The notes beneath the pieces were generated by a model, which had not been told where the DNA came from, ran no database searches, and was given only the letters and a program-made list of their open reading frames with translations. Shown here piece by piece: positions 24,488 to 34,737 of a stretch of DNA of 64,000 nt (its first letter is position 1; each line of letters opens with the position of its first letter). Source of the stretch: Histomonas meleagridis 2922-C6/04-290x (lineage: Eukaryota > Protista > Parabasalia); NCBI GenBank assembly GCA_020184695.1, contig JAANOX010000177.1, positions 1 to 64,000 of the forward strand. The letters are read 5' to 3'. A program made the translations under genes and the position numbers.

Positions 24488-26947
24488 ATGAGCTTATCTG
24501 ATGAAAACCTTGATTTTTCAGTTCAACAAATATTGCAAAAATTTGAATCGAATTATCCATATACATTTAATCATGTCATTTGTGAATTGATTTATTTTGT
24601 ATTTTGTTCAAGAAAGAATGAATTTGATATATACTTAAAATTTTTACAATTAATTCAAATTAAAGAAGGAGAGGTAAATGAAAATATACCTAAAATCATT
24701 ACAATTTTTTCAAATTATATATCGAAAATGGAAAAGCAAGAAGCATATTATATATATAATATATTGATTCAACAAAATTTAGCTAAAGCAAATATTTTAA
24801 CAATTAAACGTACTAAATATTTTATTCATTACCATAAAAATAGAAAACCCAAAACATTTCAACGAGCAGAAAAAAATTTCTTGGAAAACATAGAAGAACT
24901 ATCAAAGAATGATTTTGAACTTCATAAGCAATTGATTAAAGAAGGACATAATCCAAATGAAATAGCAAAAATCATTCGTAATGATGAAATAGAAAAACTT
25001 CAAGAAATATCTTCACAACCAAAATTTGATTTTAATCAAAAAATTGAACCATCAATTTATGAAAGATGTGATTTTATTAATAAAGAAAATGTTACATTAA
25101 TCGATTATGCAGCATATTTTGGATCAGTTCAATGTTTTAAATATTTACTTATAAATGATGCAGATGTAATTAATACAGGTAAATATGCAGTTGCAGGTGG
25201 AAATCTAGAAATATTTCATTTATGTGAACTAAATCATTCATCCTTCAAAAGCGCATATGAAACTGCAATTAAGTTTCATCAAAATGATTTATTTAAATAT
25301 CTTTATGAAAATAAAATTATTGATAAATCAATCCAAGCTGATAAAACAATGCTTAATTATTTCCAAAAAATCTCTATTACTAGTGGTAATTACGAACTTT
25401 TATTATTTTTTGAAGGAGAAGGAATACCGTATGATGATAAAAATATTTTAAAAGAAATAAAAATAGGAAATTTATTCCTTATTAAATATCTTCATATAAA
25501 TAATCAAAATACAAATTTTTTAATATACTCTACAAAATCAGAGAATGTTGAAATTGTAAAATACTTTCTTGAACAAGAAGGAATTGATATTAATGCTAAA
25601 GATATTTATTTGTTTTATTTGAAATTTATTTTAATAATTTTATATTTCAAAATAATATTTGGAAATTGTTTTAAATATTTAATACAGCACTTATATGGGC
25701 ATCTGAAAAAGGTTATACAGAAATCGTTAAATTACTTCTTGAACAAGAAGGAATTGATATTAATGCTAAAGATATTTATTTGTTTTATTTAATATTTATT
25801 TTAATAATTTAATATTTCAAAATAATATTTGGAAATTTTTTATATTATTTGAAACAGCACTTATATCTGCATCTTCAAATGGTTATACAGAAATAGTTAA
25901 ATTACTTCTTGAACAAGAAGAAATTGATATTAATACTAAAGATAAAATTTATTTTAATCATATTGGATAACAAAATAATTTTTGGAATTAATATAATTTG
26001 TTTTCCACAGCTCTTATTTATGCATCTCGGAATTGTTACAGTTTTATTGCTAAAAAACTTCTTATGCATAAAGGAATTGATATTAATGCTAAAGACATTA
26101 GATTTTATCTATTATCATCTATTTTAATTATTTGGCATCCATTAAAAATATTTGGAATTTTTTCATATTATTATCTACATCTTTAATATGGTCATCTACT
26201 AATGGTTACATTGAAGTAGTTAAATTACTTCTTGAACAAGAAGAAATTGATATTAATGATAAAGATATTTATTTATTTTATTTTATTTTTCTTTTAATAA
26301 TTTAATATTTCAAGATGATATTTGGAAATTATTTAAATTATTTAATACAGCACTTATGCATGCATCTGAAAATGGTAAAATAGAAATTGTTAAATTACTT
26401 CTTGAACAAGAAGAAATTGATATTAATGCTGAAGATATTTATTTGTTTTATTTAAAATTTATTTTAATAATTTTATATTTCAAAATAATATTTGGAAATT
26501 ATTTAAAATACCCAAAACATCACTTATATCTGCATCTTCAAATGGTTATACAGAAATAGTTAAATTACTTCTTGAACAAGAAGAAATTGATATTAATGAT
26601 AAAGATATTTATTTCTTTTATATTATTTTTCTTTTAATAATTTAATATTTCAAAATAATATTTGGAAGTTATTTAAATTATTTAAAACAGCACTTATGTT
26701 TTCATCTGAAAATGGTCATACAGAAATAGTTAATTTACTTCTTGAACAAGAAGAAATTGATATTATGACAAAAGATGTTAAATTATTCTGAAATATATTT
26801 ATTTATATTGTTTAAAACTCAAAAAAAAATATTTGGAAATTATTAAATTTATTTGAAACTTAGCTCAAGTTGGCAGAAAAAAATTCTCATGTAGAAATTG
26901 TTCAATTAATTCGTGAAAAATTACCAAGTAAATTTATATTTTGTTGA
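24488..26947 (+). CDS. DUF3447-type ankyrin repeat protein whose 8 ankyrin repeats are each separated by non-coding spacers
   Basis: N-terminal GHNPNEIAKIIRNDEIEKLQ...LIDYAAYFGSVQCFKYL domain. 30-codon ankyrin cores start at 25684, 25854, 26007, 26177, 26347, 26517, 26687 and 26858. Spacers are 80,80,63,80,80,80,80,81 nt. The last core has a TAG at 26861. First in-frame ATG is 24488, although the frame is open upstream. Functional status unknown. Confidence 0.7.
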
Positions 26948-27103
26948 GAATAATATTATAATAATTCTCAAGAATAAGCTATAGTAAAATTACAATATCA
27001 AAATTATCCATAATTTTTTATGAATAGCTTTTAGAAAAAATTTCACATGGAAAAAATTTATCATCTTTAATTTTGGATCATTTTGAAATATTTAAAAATT
27101 AAT

Positions 27104-27570
27104 TCAAGCACTATTGTACTTCGGGAATACTTGTGTTACAAAAGGATCTTCTGAAATATTTGCTTTATTGATTCCTGTATTCATAGTTTCCAATTCATTT
27201 TGTTCTGATTCACTTTCATGATAATAAAAATAAATAAGCAGGACTATGGACTCAAGAAGTGGAGAGCAAACAAGTAATATTATGATATAAATAATATAAT
27301 CAATACGACCTTCATATTCTGACCATCTACAATTCCATGCAGATGCAGAATTAAGAACGATATGGAATAAGTCATAATGTGAGAAAGTTGATGTAATAAT
27401 TCTCCAAAACTCTTTTTAGTTGAGAATTTTATCCGGATAAAATTTGATGCAACATTTTCAACAGGAACATTATGTTTATTAAGCAAACAACAAACAACGC
27501 AATTTAAAACAATTATTATATCCGTAATAGGAAATTGGAAAATGTCAAGAATTGGTGGTCTATATCCAAT
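27104..27570 (-). pseudogene. rhomboid-like membrane protein, degraded or truncated
   Basis: EFWRIITSTFSHYDLFHIVLNSASAW is the rhomboid WR/H..HI..N motif. It is reached from the ...VENVASNFIRIKFSTKK frame only through a frameshift in an A-run near 27415. No ATG, and too short for a full rhomboid. Confidence 0.6.
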
Positions 27571-27672
27571 TTATTTTATGTGATAAAAAATGAACAAACT
27601 TTTTCAATATGAACACGTCACTTTTCAATAAAGTTATCAAACCAAACTTTGGGTGAAAATTTAAAAATAAAC

Positions 27673-28542
27673 TTAATACCTTCTTTGTCGCTCATAACCC
27701 CTTTGCCTACTTGGCCTATCATAATCTCTTGGACTTGGAGATCTTCTTCTATTTCTAAAAGAAGATTTTTCGTAATCTCTCTCATAATCTCTTCCAGAAG
27801 ATCTCTCGTAGTCTCTAGACTTCGATCTTTCACGGTCTCTTGATGATTTTTTATCATGATCATTAAAAGATCTTTCATGTTTTCTCTCATAATCTCTTCT
27901 TGAAGAAGATCTTTCGTATTCTCTTGACAAGCTTCTGTCATATTCTCTATGTGGTGTTCTACTTCTGTCGCTTTTTTCTCTTTGTCGTTGATGATAATTT
28001 TCATCATTATCACTACTATAAGAGTTACGTTGTCGTGGGCTTTCAGTACTGTTGGAATCTTTGGTAAGAATACAATGCTCAAGGACTTCGCTAGATGGAT
28101 ATTTTGGATGTATGAAATTGCAATTCTCACCATGCTGACATTTTCCAAGATGAAATTGACGACAAATGGCACCAGAAAAAACATCAACAGGTGAGTATTG
28201 TGCATCAATTGGACGGCCTGCATAGTAACAACAACGAAGATTTGAAAATGCTGATACAGCATCTTCAAGATTTTCATAACGGACAAGAACATTTCCAACA
28301 AGATGATCACAAAGATTAGATGCAACAAGAAGATCTTCAATAGGACCAAACGTGCGAAGCTCTTCATAAATATCAATGTAAAATTCGTCAAAATTTCTGT
28401 CGAGCGTTGAATTGCTGATTTCAAGAACCCCTTTAGGGAGTAATGATATAAAACGTATAGGATTTGGATAAAGATTACATAAAAGAAGTGTTTTTGAAGC
28501 TTGTGGACGAATATGCATTCGGGAACAAGTTTCCCCGTTCAT
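27673..28542 (-). CDS. U2AF1: U2 snRNP auxiliary factor small subunit (U2AF35-like): CCCH-UHM-CCCH-RS domain
   Basis: FDEFYIDIYEEL..FGPIEDL.VASNLCDHLVGNV, then CRQFHLGKCQHGENCNFIH and an RS-rich tail. The first Zn finger (CPFFQKIGSC) lies in frame upstream of the ATG, to 28572, so the true start is uncertain. Confidence 0.85.
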   Translation of the reverse strand: MNGETCSRMHIRPQASKTLLLCNLYPNPIRFISLLPKGVLEISNSTLDRNFDEFYIDIYEELRTFGPIEDLLVASNLCDHLVGNVLVRYENLEDAVSAFSNLRCCYYAGRPIDAQYSPVDVFSGAICRQFHLGKCQHGENCNFIHPKYPSSEVLEHCILTKDSNSTESPRQRNSYSSDNDENYHQRQREKSDRSRTPHREYDRSLSREYERSSSRRDYERKHERSFNDHDKKSSRDRERSKSRDYERSSGRDYERDYEKSSFRNRRRSPSPRDYDRPSRQRGYERQRRY

Positions 28543-29397
28543 GCATGATCCAATTTTTTGGAAGAAAGGACAATATAATGAAATGTTTCTTTTTTTAATT
28601 CAACTCCTTTATACCCATCTATTTTTAGCCATGACCAATAAAATAACATAATGAACAGTCCAACGCAAGCCCATTTTTCTTTGATCTGACGTGTTGCTGT
28701 TTTGGAACGTATTGTACAATTCAAGCAGCACATAGGTAATAAATATACAATTATTCCATTTATCATTGTTAATTCATCAACATTGTCTTCTTCTTCTTTG
28801 TATTCTTTATTATTTAACTTTTCAATTAAAAGGTTGCAAATTTTGAGGACTAAATATCTTCAAAGGACAAAAGTCATCCATCGAATCGTTTCCATTATTA
28901 CGGAACCAACAAATCATTAATGTGTTATTGAATTTACGAAGTCAAGCAGGAGAGATATATGGTATATATATATATATATATATATATATTTTATGAAAAC
29001 ATCACAATAATTCATATTTAATCAAAATCACATTCTAAATCGATCGGATTTCGTGTGTACACGCACTTTTGCAGATAATGTACACGGGAGGAAAAGGAAG
29101 AAAAACAAAAGAAGCAAAATAAATGCATTTCATGATCAATGAAAAGGAGTTTTATGTATATCATGTCAAACTGTTGAATAAAAATGTTTTGTTGTGGAAC
29201 TTATAATCAAGCAAATGTAGTCAATTTTAATCACAATATTTAATCCGATCTTGAATAACTATATTAAACAACATCATCAAACTCAATTTACTTAACACAG
29301 CGTTCAATTTCATTGACATTTCCTCAAAAAATTAAATTTCACAAACAAAAATATTTCTCTGTTTGTATAGTTCATAATATTTAGTTAAATTCATAAA

Positions 29398-32226
29398 TTA
29401 CGAGCTCGACTCATCCGATGACGAACTTGATGACGAATATTCATCACTTCCGCTCACCTTCAACACGTTTTCATTACTCACATTATGTAACATTCTCATT
29501 TTCTCGTTTTGTTCCTCCTCCATCAGCCTCATTCTTTCCATCTCTTCTTCCTTCGCCTTTTCCTCGGCGCGTGCAATCGCTTCAGCCTTTGCGCGCGCAG
29601 CGTCCTTTTGTATCTCCGCCACAACAGTCGGCGGCCTCCTTCTCGGCACCATCGTTCTCCTGACGATTTGCTTCGGCTGTTCCTCTTCTTCAAACTCCAC
29701 CACTGGCTTCTCCTCTTCCACAACATTATTCACAACTTCTTTTTGTTCTTTTTGTTGATATGCATTCACAGGATTACCGTATTGGTCGCGAGATGACTGC
29801 GCACTTAATATCCGCGGATTCGACTCTTGCAGATCTTTGATCTTTTGCTTCATGTTGACGTTCGTCTTAATAGGAACTTCGCGGCGTGGCGGCTGCTGCT
29901 GCTCGGGCTGCGGGTTGTTGAACATTGCGACGCGATCGGTGAGCTTCTTGGGCGGTGGCTGCTGCGGCTTAAGCGGCTGCTGCTGCTCAGTGTTCTGCTG
30001 CTGGAACACTGCGAGCTTCGACTTGATCGATGCGTTCGCTTGTTGTTGCTGTTGCTGCTGATTGTTCTTCCGCTTCGGTATCCGATGGCGGTGGTGCTTG
30101 CGGCGATGATGCCGGTGCACGCGGTGGTGCTTGCGCGGGCCGCCGGGGTATGCCGGCTTGTACTGGTCCTCGTCGTCGTTCGCTTTTGTGGCCATTTGCT
30201 GTTGCTGCTGCTGCTGGAGATTGTTGGCGAGCGCATTGATTTTGCTTTGCAGCGCATTGTTGGCGCGTTTGGGCGGCGCTTCTGTGGGCGGCTTGGGAGG
30301 AACTGCTGGAGGAGGCAGCTGGTTGAAGATGGCCATGCGCGCGCTGATCGCTGACGACGGCTGCGCGGGCTTTGGGTGTGGGCGAGACGGCGCCTGCGGT
30401 GTGGAGAAGGCGTTCTTTGGCTGCTGGAAAGCGGCGGCTCTGTCTGATATGTTGCGCGGCTTCTTGCTGCTGCTTTTGGACGACGATGACGAAGATGATG
30501 ATGACGATGAGTCCGATTGCTCTTTTGGATACGGTGCGTTCTGTTTCGATGACTCCGAGTGTTCGATTGATGGATTGCGAACTGGCGGCTGTGGATTTGC
30601 TCGTGCAAATGACTTTGCGCGGTCTGCTATTGAAGTGCGCTGCTGCTCATTTGTTGACTCTGAGTGCTCATTTGATGGCTTGTGCACTGGCGGTGTTGGA
30701 TTTGCTTGTACAAATGACTTTGCGCGGTCTGCTATTGATATGCGGTGTTGCTCATTCGCTGACTCCGAGTGTTCATTTGATGGCTTGTGCACTGGCGCTT
30801 GGTTCTGTTGAAGAAATGACGCAGCACGCTCAGCAATTGATATGCGGCGCGGCGGGAGCTCCTTCTTTTCCTCTTTTGATGATGACGAAGACGAAGACGA
30901 AGACTCCGAATGGCGCTGGCTCGAGTTCGAGATCAGCGGCGCTTTGTTTGGGGCTGGCTGAAGAAATGACTTCGCACGCTCAGCAATCGAAGTGCGGCCT
31001 GGTGCTGGAGGGTTGTCTTGAACTGTCGATGCGCTGCGTGCTGCATGCGGCGGAAGTGGCGGCTTGGAATGAGGAAATGATTTCACATTTTTGTCCGACG
31101 AAACTGAGCTGGATGAATCAGATTCTTCTTTAACATTTGTTTCTTCGATTTGCGGTGGCGGTGCACTGTTTTCAGATGCTTTAGATGAAGAAACTTCTGA
31201 TCCATTGTCCGAATGGTTGGAGTCTGATGTGTAACTAACTTCGGCGTGCGCTTGTTGGATCTCTTCTTCGCTCTTTTGCTCGATTTCTTCTTTAGATAAA
31301 GAAGATGACGAACTTGAAGACGAGGATTGGGATTCTTCATGCGTTTGCTCAATTTCTGGTTCTGGTGAAACTTGTACTTCTTCCTCATGTGCTTCTTCTA
31401 TTACTTGTTCATTTTGCTCTATTTCTGGTTCTGGTGGCGCTTCTACTTCTTCTTCATGTGTTTGCTCATTTTGAATGGTTTCTTCTTCCATAGGTTTTTG
31501 TTCAACAATTGGTTCTTCTTCGTTAACTGGAGTAACAACTCCTTCAGATGGTTCTTCATTAGAATCACTGCTTGAATCGCTTGATGTGCTTGCTTCTGAC
31601 TTGTGGAAAGACGATGACTTTTTGAGTGTCACTTTTTTGTTTACATCATCATTTGGTTTTGATGGTTTCGAGGTTTTACCATCAAGTAAAGGTTTTTCGG
31701 CTTCACTGTTGGAATTGGATGATTTGTTACTGCTTTTGTTTTGGGAATGATCAGATTTTGAAGAAGATGATGAAGATGATGAGGAAGATTTAGAGGAAGA
31801 GGATGATGATTCCTTGGTAACCTCAGGTTTAGTCTCTTTTTGAGGCACCTTTTTAACTTCAAAGGAATTGATTTTTTCTTCTGGCTTTTTAATAGGTTCT
31901 CTGTTTGCGTTAGAAGTATTTTTAAAATTCACAGCTGCTGGATGTGTAAGCACTACGGGCTCATTTTCTTGTTTCTCAAACATTTTAATTCTATCAGACA
32001 ATTTCCCAACAGTTCTACCTGCTTGTTTTGTTCCATCTTCAGTTGATTTCTTTGTTTGAAACATAGCTGCTCTATCCGTAATTTTTCCGATTGGTTTTAT
32101 GTCACGATTTTTTTCTTGCGGCTGAGCATTTTGGGTAAAAGCTTTCATTTTTTCTGCAAGAGCAGCGCTTCTTGTTCCTGTAACTATTTTTGGAGTGGGG
32201 TGGTGTCCAGCATTTCCCCCATTCAT
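29398..32226 (-). CDS. large low-complexity S/E/P/Q-rich protein with repeated I.xR...F motifs; possible actin or capping-protein regulator
   Basis: Uninterrupted ~940-aa ORF from the ATG at 32226 (MNGGNAGHH). Poly-Ser and poly-Gln tracts, repeated short motifs, and RRRPPT near the C-terminus. Confidence 0.8.
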   Translation of the reverse strand: MNGGNAGHHPTPKIVTGTRSAALAEKMKAFTQNAQPQEKNRDIKPIGKITDRAAMFQTKKSTEDGTKQAGRTVGKLSDRIKMFEKQENEPVVLTHPAAVNFKNTSNANREPIKKPEEKINSFEVKKVPQKETKPEVTKESSSSSSKSSSSSSSSSSKSDHSQNKSSNKSSNSNSEAEKPLLDGKTSKPSKPNDDVNKKVTLKKSSSFHKSEASTSSDSSSDSNEEPSEGVVTPVNEEEPIVEQKPMEEETIQNEQTHEEEVEAPPEPEIEQNEQVIEEAHEEEVQVSPEPEIEQTHEESQSSSSSSSSSLSKEEIEQKSEEEIQQAHAEVSYTSDSNHSDNGSEVSSSKASENSAPPPQIEETNVKEESDSSSSVSSDKNVKSFPHSKPPLPPHAARSASTVQDNPPAPGRTSIAERAKSFLQPAPNKAPLISNSSQRHSESSSSSSSSSKEEKKELPPRRISIAERAASFLQQNQAPVHKPSNEHSESANEQHRISIADRAKSFVQANPTPPVHKPSNEHSESTNEQQRTSIADRAKSFARANPQPPVRNPSIEHSESSKQNAPYPKEQSDSSSSSSSSSSSKSSSKKPRNISDRAAAFQQPKNAFSTPQAPSRPHPKPAQPSSAISARMAIFNQLPPPAVPPKPPTEAPPKRANNALQSKINALANNLQQQQQQQMATKANDDEDQYKPAYPGGPRKHHRVHRHHRRKHHRHRIPKRKNNQQQQQQQANASIKSKLAVFQQQNTEQQQPLKPQQPPPKKLTDRVAMFNNPQPEQQQPPRREVPIKTNVNMKQKIKDLQESNPRILSAQSSRDQYGNPVNAYQQKEQKEVVNNVVEEEKPVVEFEEEEQPKQIVRRTMVPRRRPPTVVAEIQKDAARAKAEAIARAEEKAKEEEMERMRLMEEEQNEKMRMLHNVSNENVLKVSGSDEYSSSSSSSDESSS

Positions 32227-32516
32227 TTTGCGGAATTCTATCGAAATCCCTCTCAATCCAGTCGGTTCAAAATTGAACAAAGAAAAGTGTAATTGCCGTC
32301 GGTTTCGCGTTCAAAAATAGTGTACGTTATGACTTTTGATAACTTTACTGAATTTGCCCGAATACGAATTGTCCGGTCCTTTTTATGGATTTTTTTCAGA
32401 AGTTTTGATATAGTTAAGTTATCCTATTAACGTCAAATACTTTAGATACAATACTGCACATTATTTTTAAGGAATTAAAAACATTAAAAAAAAACAAATT
32501 ACAATTAAATCACATT

Positions 32517-33470
32517 TTATTGATTTTCTCGAACAATTTCATTAAATTCATCCCATGTTTTGGCTTTCCCAAATGGCTGTGTCATTGCTCTTGCAAGTTG
32601 TTTCGTTGATTGAAGAACTTGCTGAAGGCTAAATTTGCAAGAACTAAACTCTAAATGATGTTGTTCACCTAAAATCGCCATTTGTGAAAGTACGTCAATT
32701 GGTTTTTGGACATCTGCACTAAAAATCGAAGGATTCATCATGGCTGCTCTACACATCATAACACCAGAACAACCGGTCATCTCGCGCATTTTTGCTGCAT
32801 CTTCAAGCGATTTCACTCCACCATTACCGATTTTGATGATATTAACAGAATCAAAAATTAACTTCATCTTATCATAATCAACTGCTCCCTCATGTTTCTG
32901 CTCTTTGAGCCTACCATGAACAGTAATTGCATCAGCACCAGCTGATTCAATGGCTTGAGCAAATTGAATGGATTCTTCATTTGTGTCTTTGACTCTGAAT
33001 TTTACGCTAATTGGCTTGGAGATATTCCGTTTGAGGGTTTTTATGACATCAACTGCTGTTTCAAGTTCCATGGAACTTCCACAATTCCGATGTGTAGCAA
33101 ATTGCTCTGGACAACCGCAATTCAGATCAAACCCATCAACAAAATCATATACTTTTTGACAAGCTTCGAGTGCTGTGGCTCCATCGTTAGAGATGATTTG
33201 AAGAATAATATGACCTTTCTCTGCCTCACAAGTTTCGAAAACTGTCTCATTATGACCATTTGATTTAGCAAGAAAAACGGTATGTCCATTTTGTGAATCA
33301 ACAGTTGATTGTTTAAGTTTTAAATCAACAATGCCTGGAGAAAAAACAACATCTGCGCCATAATGGAGACACGCGAGCCTAAAAATGTGGGAAGAACCGC
33401 GTACCATTGGACCTGCAATATTTTTATTTTTGTAAAGCTTTTCTGCAGCAGATTCTTCTTGTGTGCTCAT
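32517..33470 (-). CDS. tRNA-dihydrouridine synthase (DUS2-like)
   Basis: AGPMVRG...FRLACLHYGAD, DLNCGCP, PISVKFR, ITVHGR and IGNGG motifs. Start assumed at MSTQEE (33470). Confidence 0.92.
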   Translation of the reverse strand: MSTQEESAAEKLYKNKNIAGPMVRGSSHIFRLACLHYGADVVFSPGIVDLKLKQSTVDSQNGHTVFLAKSNGHNETVFETCEAEKGHIILQIISNDGATALEACQKVYDFVDGFDLNCGCPEQFATHRNCGSSMELETAVDVIKTLKRNISKPISVKFRVKDTNEESIQFAQAIESAGADAITVHGRLKEQKHEGAVDYDKMKLIFDSVNIIKIGNGGVKSLEDAAKMREMTGCSGVMMCRAAMMNPSIFSADVQKPIDVLSQMAILGEQHHLEFSSCKFSLQQVLQSTKQLARAMTQPFGKAKTWDEFNEIVRENQ

Positions 33471-33924
33471 CCAAAAATAAACGTTTGCCGCGGTTTTGAC
33501 GACCAACAAATAAATGAAATAAATTTTGTACACATTCATCATAAAAGCATTATTTTTCATTATAAAAATTATAAATATTGAACTAATGTTCTAAAACAGT
33601 ATAACCCGCTAATATGTTTCCATAAAATAATAATAATTTCTCAAAGAATTACTTTGCAAATAGTTTTGATTTCGTGTAATAAGTCAAGGTGCTAAGTAAA
33701 TTAAGAAAGGAAAATGATATAAAATGATTTTTAAAAAGACGAAAATTAGATGAAATTTGCTTTATTAATTTTTTTAACACAAATAGTTAAATAAAATCCA
33801 ATTAAAAGTGTTCTCTTGATAAGCCTTTTACTTAATTATTTCTTTCCCATACATTAATGAGTAATTTATAATTTTTTAGTTATTTGTTGTTATAGTAAAT
33901 AAATGAATCATCGCATAAAAGTGG

Positions 33925-34308
33925 TTAAATAGTAATTACCATTTGACAATTGATTATAGTTGGAAACCTCAGCCAAATTAATCGAAATAGTAATCCATTA
34001 TTTAGTGGATCATTAAATGTATCTTGTTCATCATAACTAAAAGGATTTTCAACAAATGTTTCTGGTATACAAATATTAAAAGAATCTAATGTTCTTCTTC
34101 TGGAGGAGAATAAAGTTGAAACTGTTGTGAAATACTGGTTTCGAGTTGAAGGTTTTAGAGGTTGATTTTGATCAATTTCGCTGAATCTTCCTTTAGAATC
34201 AAGTTCATATCTTTCATTGTCATACATGATGTATTTAGCAGGAATGTGAAATTTAGGACGACTTGTCATAATTCTCGGCTGATGCATGAGCGTATTTGAT
34301 TCATACAT
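33925..34308 (-). CDS. hypothetical protein
   Basis: 127-aa ATG-initiated ORF with normal composition; no motif recognised. Confidence 0.5.
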   Translation of the reverse strand: MYESNTLMHQPRIMTSRPKFHIPAKYIMYDNERYELDSKGRFSEIDQNQPLKPSTRNQYFTTVSTLFSSRRRTLDSFNICIPETFVENPFSYDEQDTFNDPLNNGLLFRLIWLRFPTIINCQMVITI

Positions 34309-34737
34309 TTATTACTAAATAAATCTTATACATTATATTCTACAATTGATTTTATAAATTTACTTTTCTACAAATTTACATATATAAATAATAATAAAAA
34401 ATACTGAAAAAATTTATACTTATTATATTAAAATACGAAAATAAAATGCTTATTTATGCGTTTAGTTTTTCATTATGATTTTCAACATAAACTTAATTTA
34501 ATATTATACTTTATTTTTCATAATTCATCAATTCTTTATTTAGCACAATTGCCATTTTTCTTGTATATTCACTTTCCAGAATTGTGTCCGCGCTCTACAA
34601 CATCTTTTCTAGCACATATAATGTTTTCATTAAGTTTTTAATTATTATTAAAAGATTTAACGCAAGCGTTTCACGAAATGTTTACACAATCGACATTTTG
34701 GAATGAATACAAAAAATTATCTACAAACAATAATTTA

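Noticed and set aside
25602-25687. Canonical GT-AG or AT-AC splicing of the ankyrin spacers
   Set aside because: GT(25612)..AG(25687) and AT(25602)..AC(25685) both join in the wrong frame. GT is absent in several spacers, the AG is absent in cores 4 and 6, and there is no ACTAAC branch motif.
28961-28990. (TA)n microsatellites here and near 16730, 39915 and 57365
   Set aside because: Ordinary simple repeats in an AT-rich genome.
29418-31750. Many overlapping antisense and alternative-frame ORFs
   Set aside because: Expected shadow ORFs of a GC-rich low-complexity coding region.
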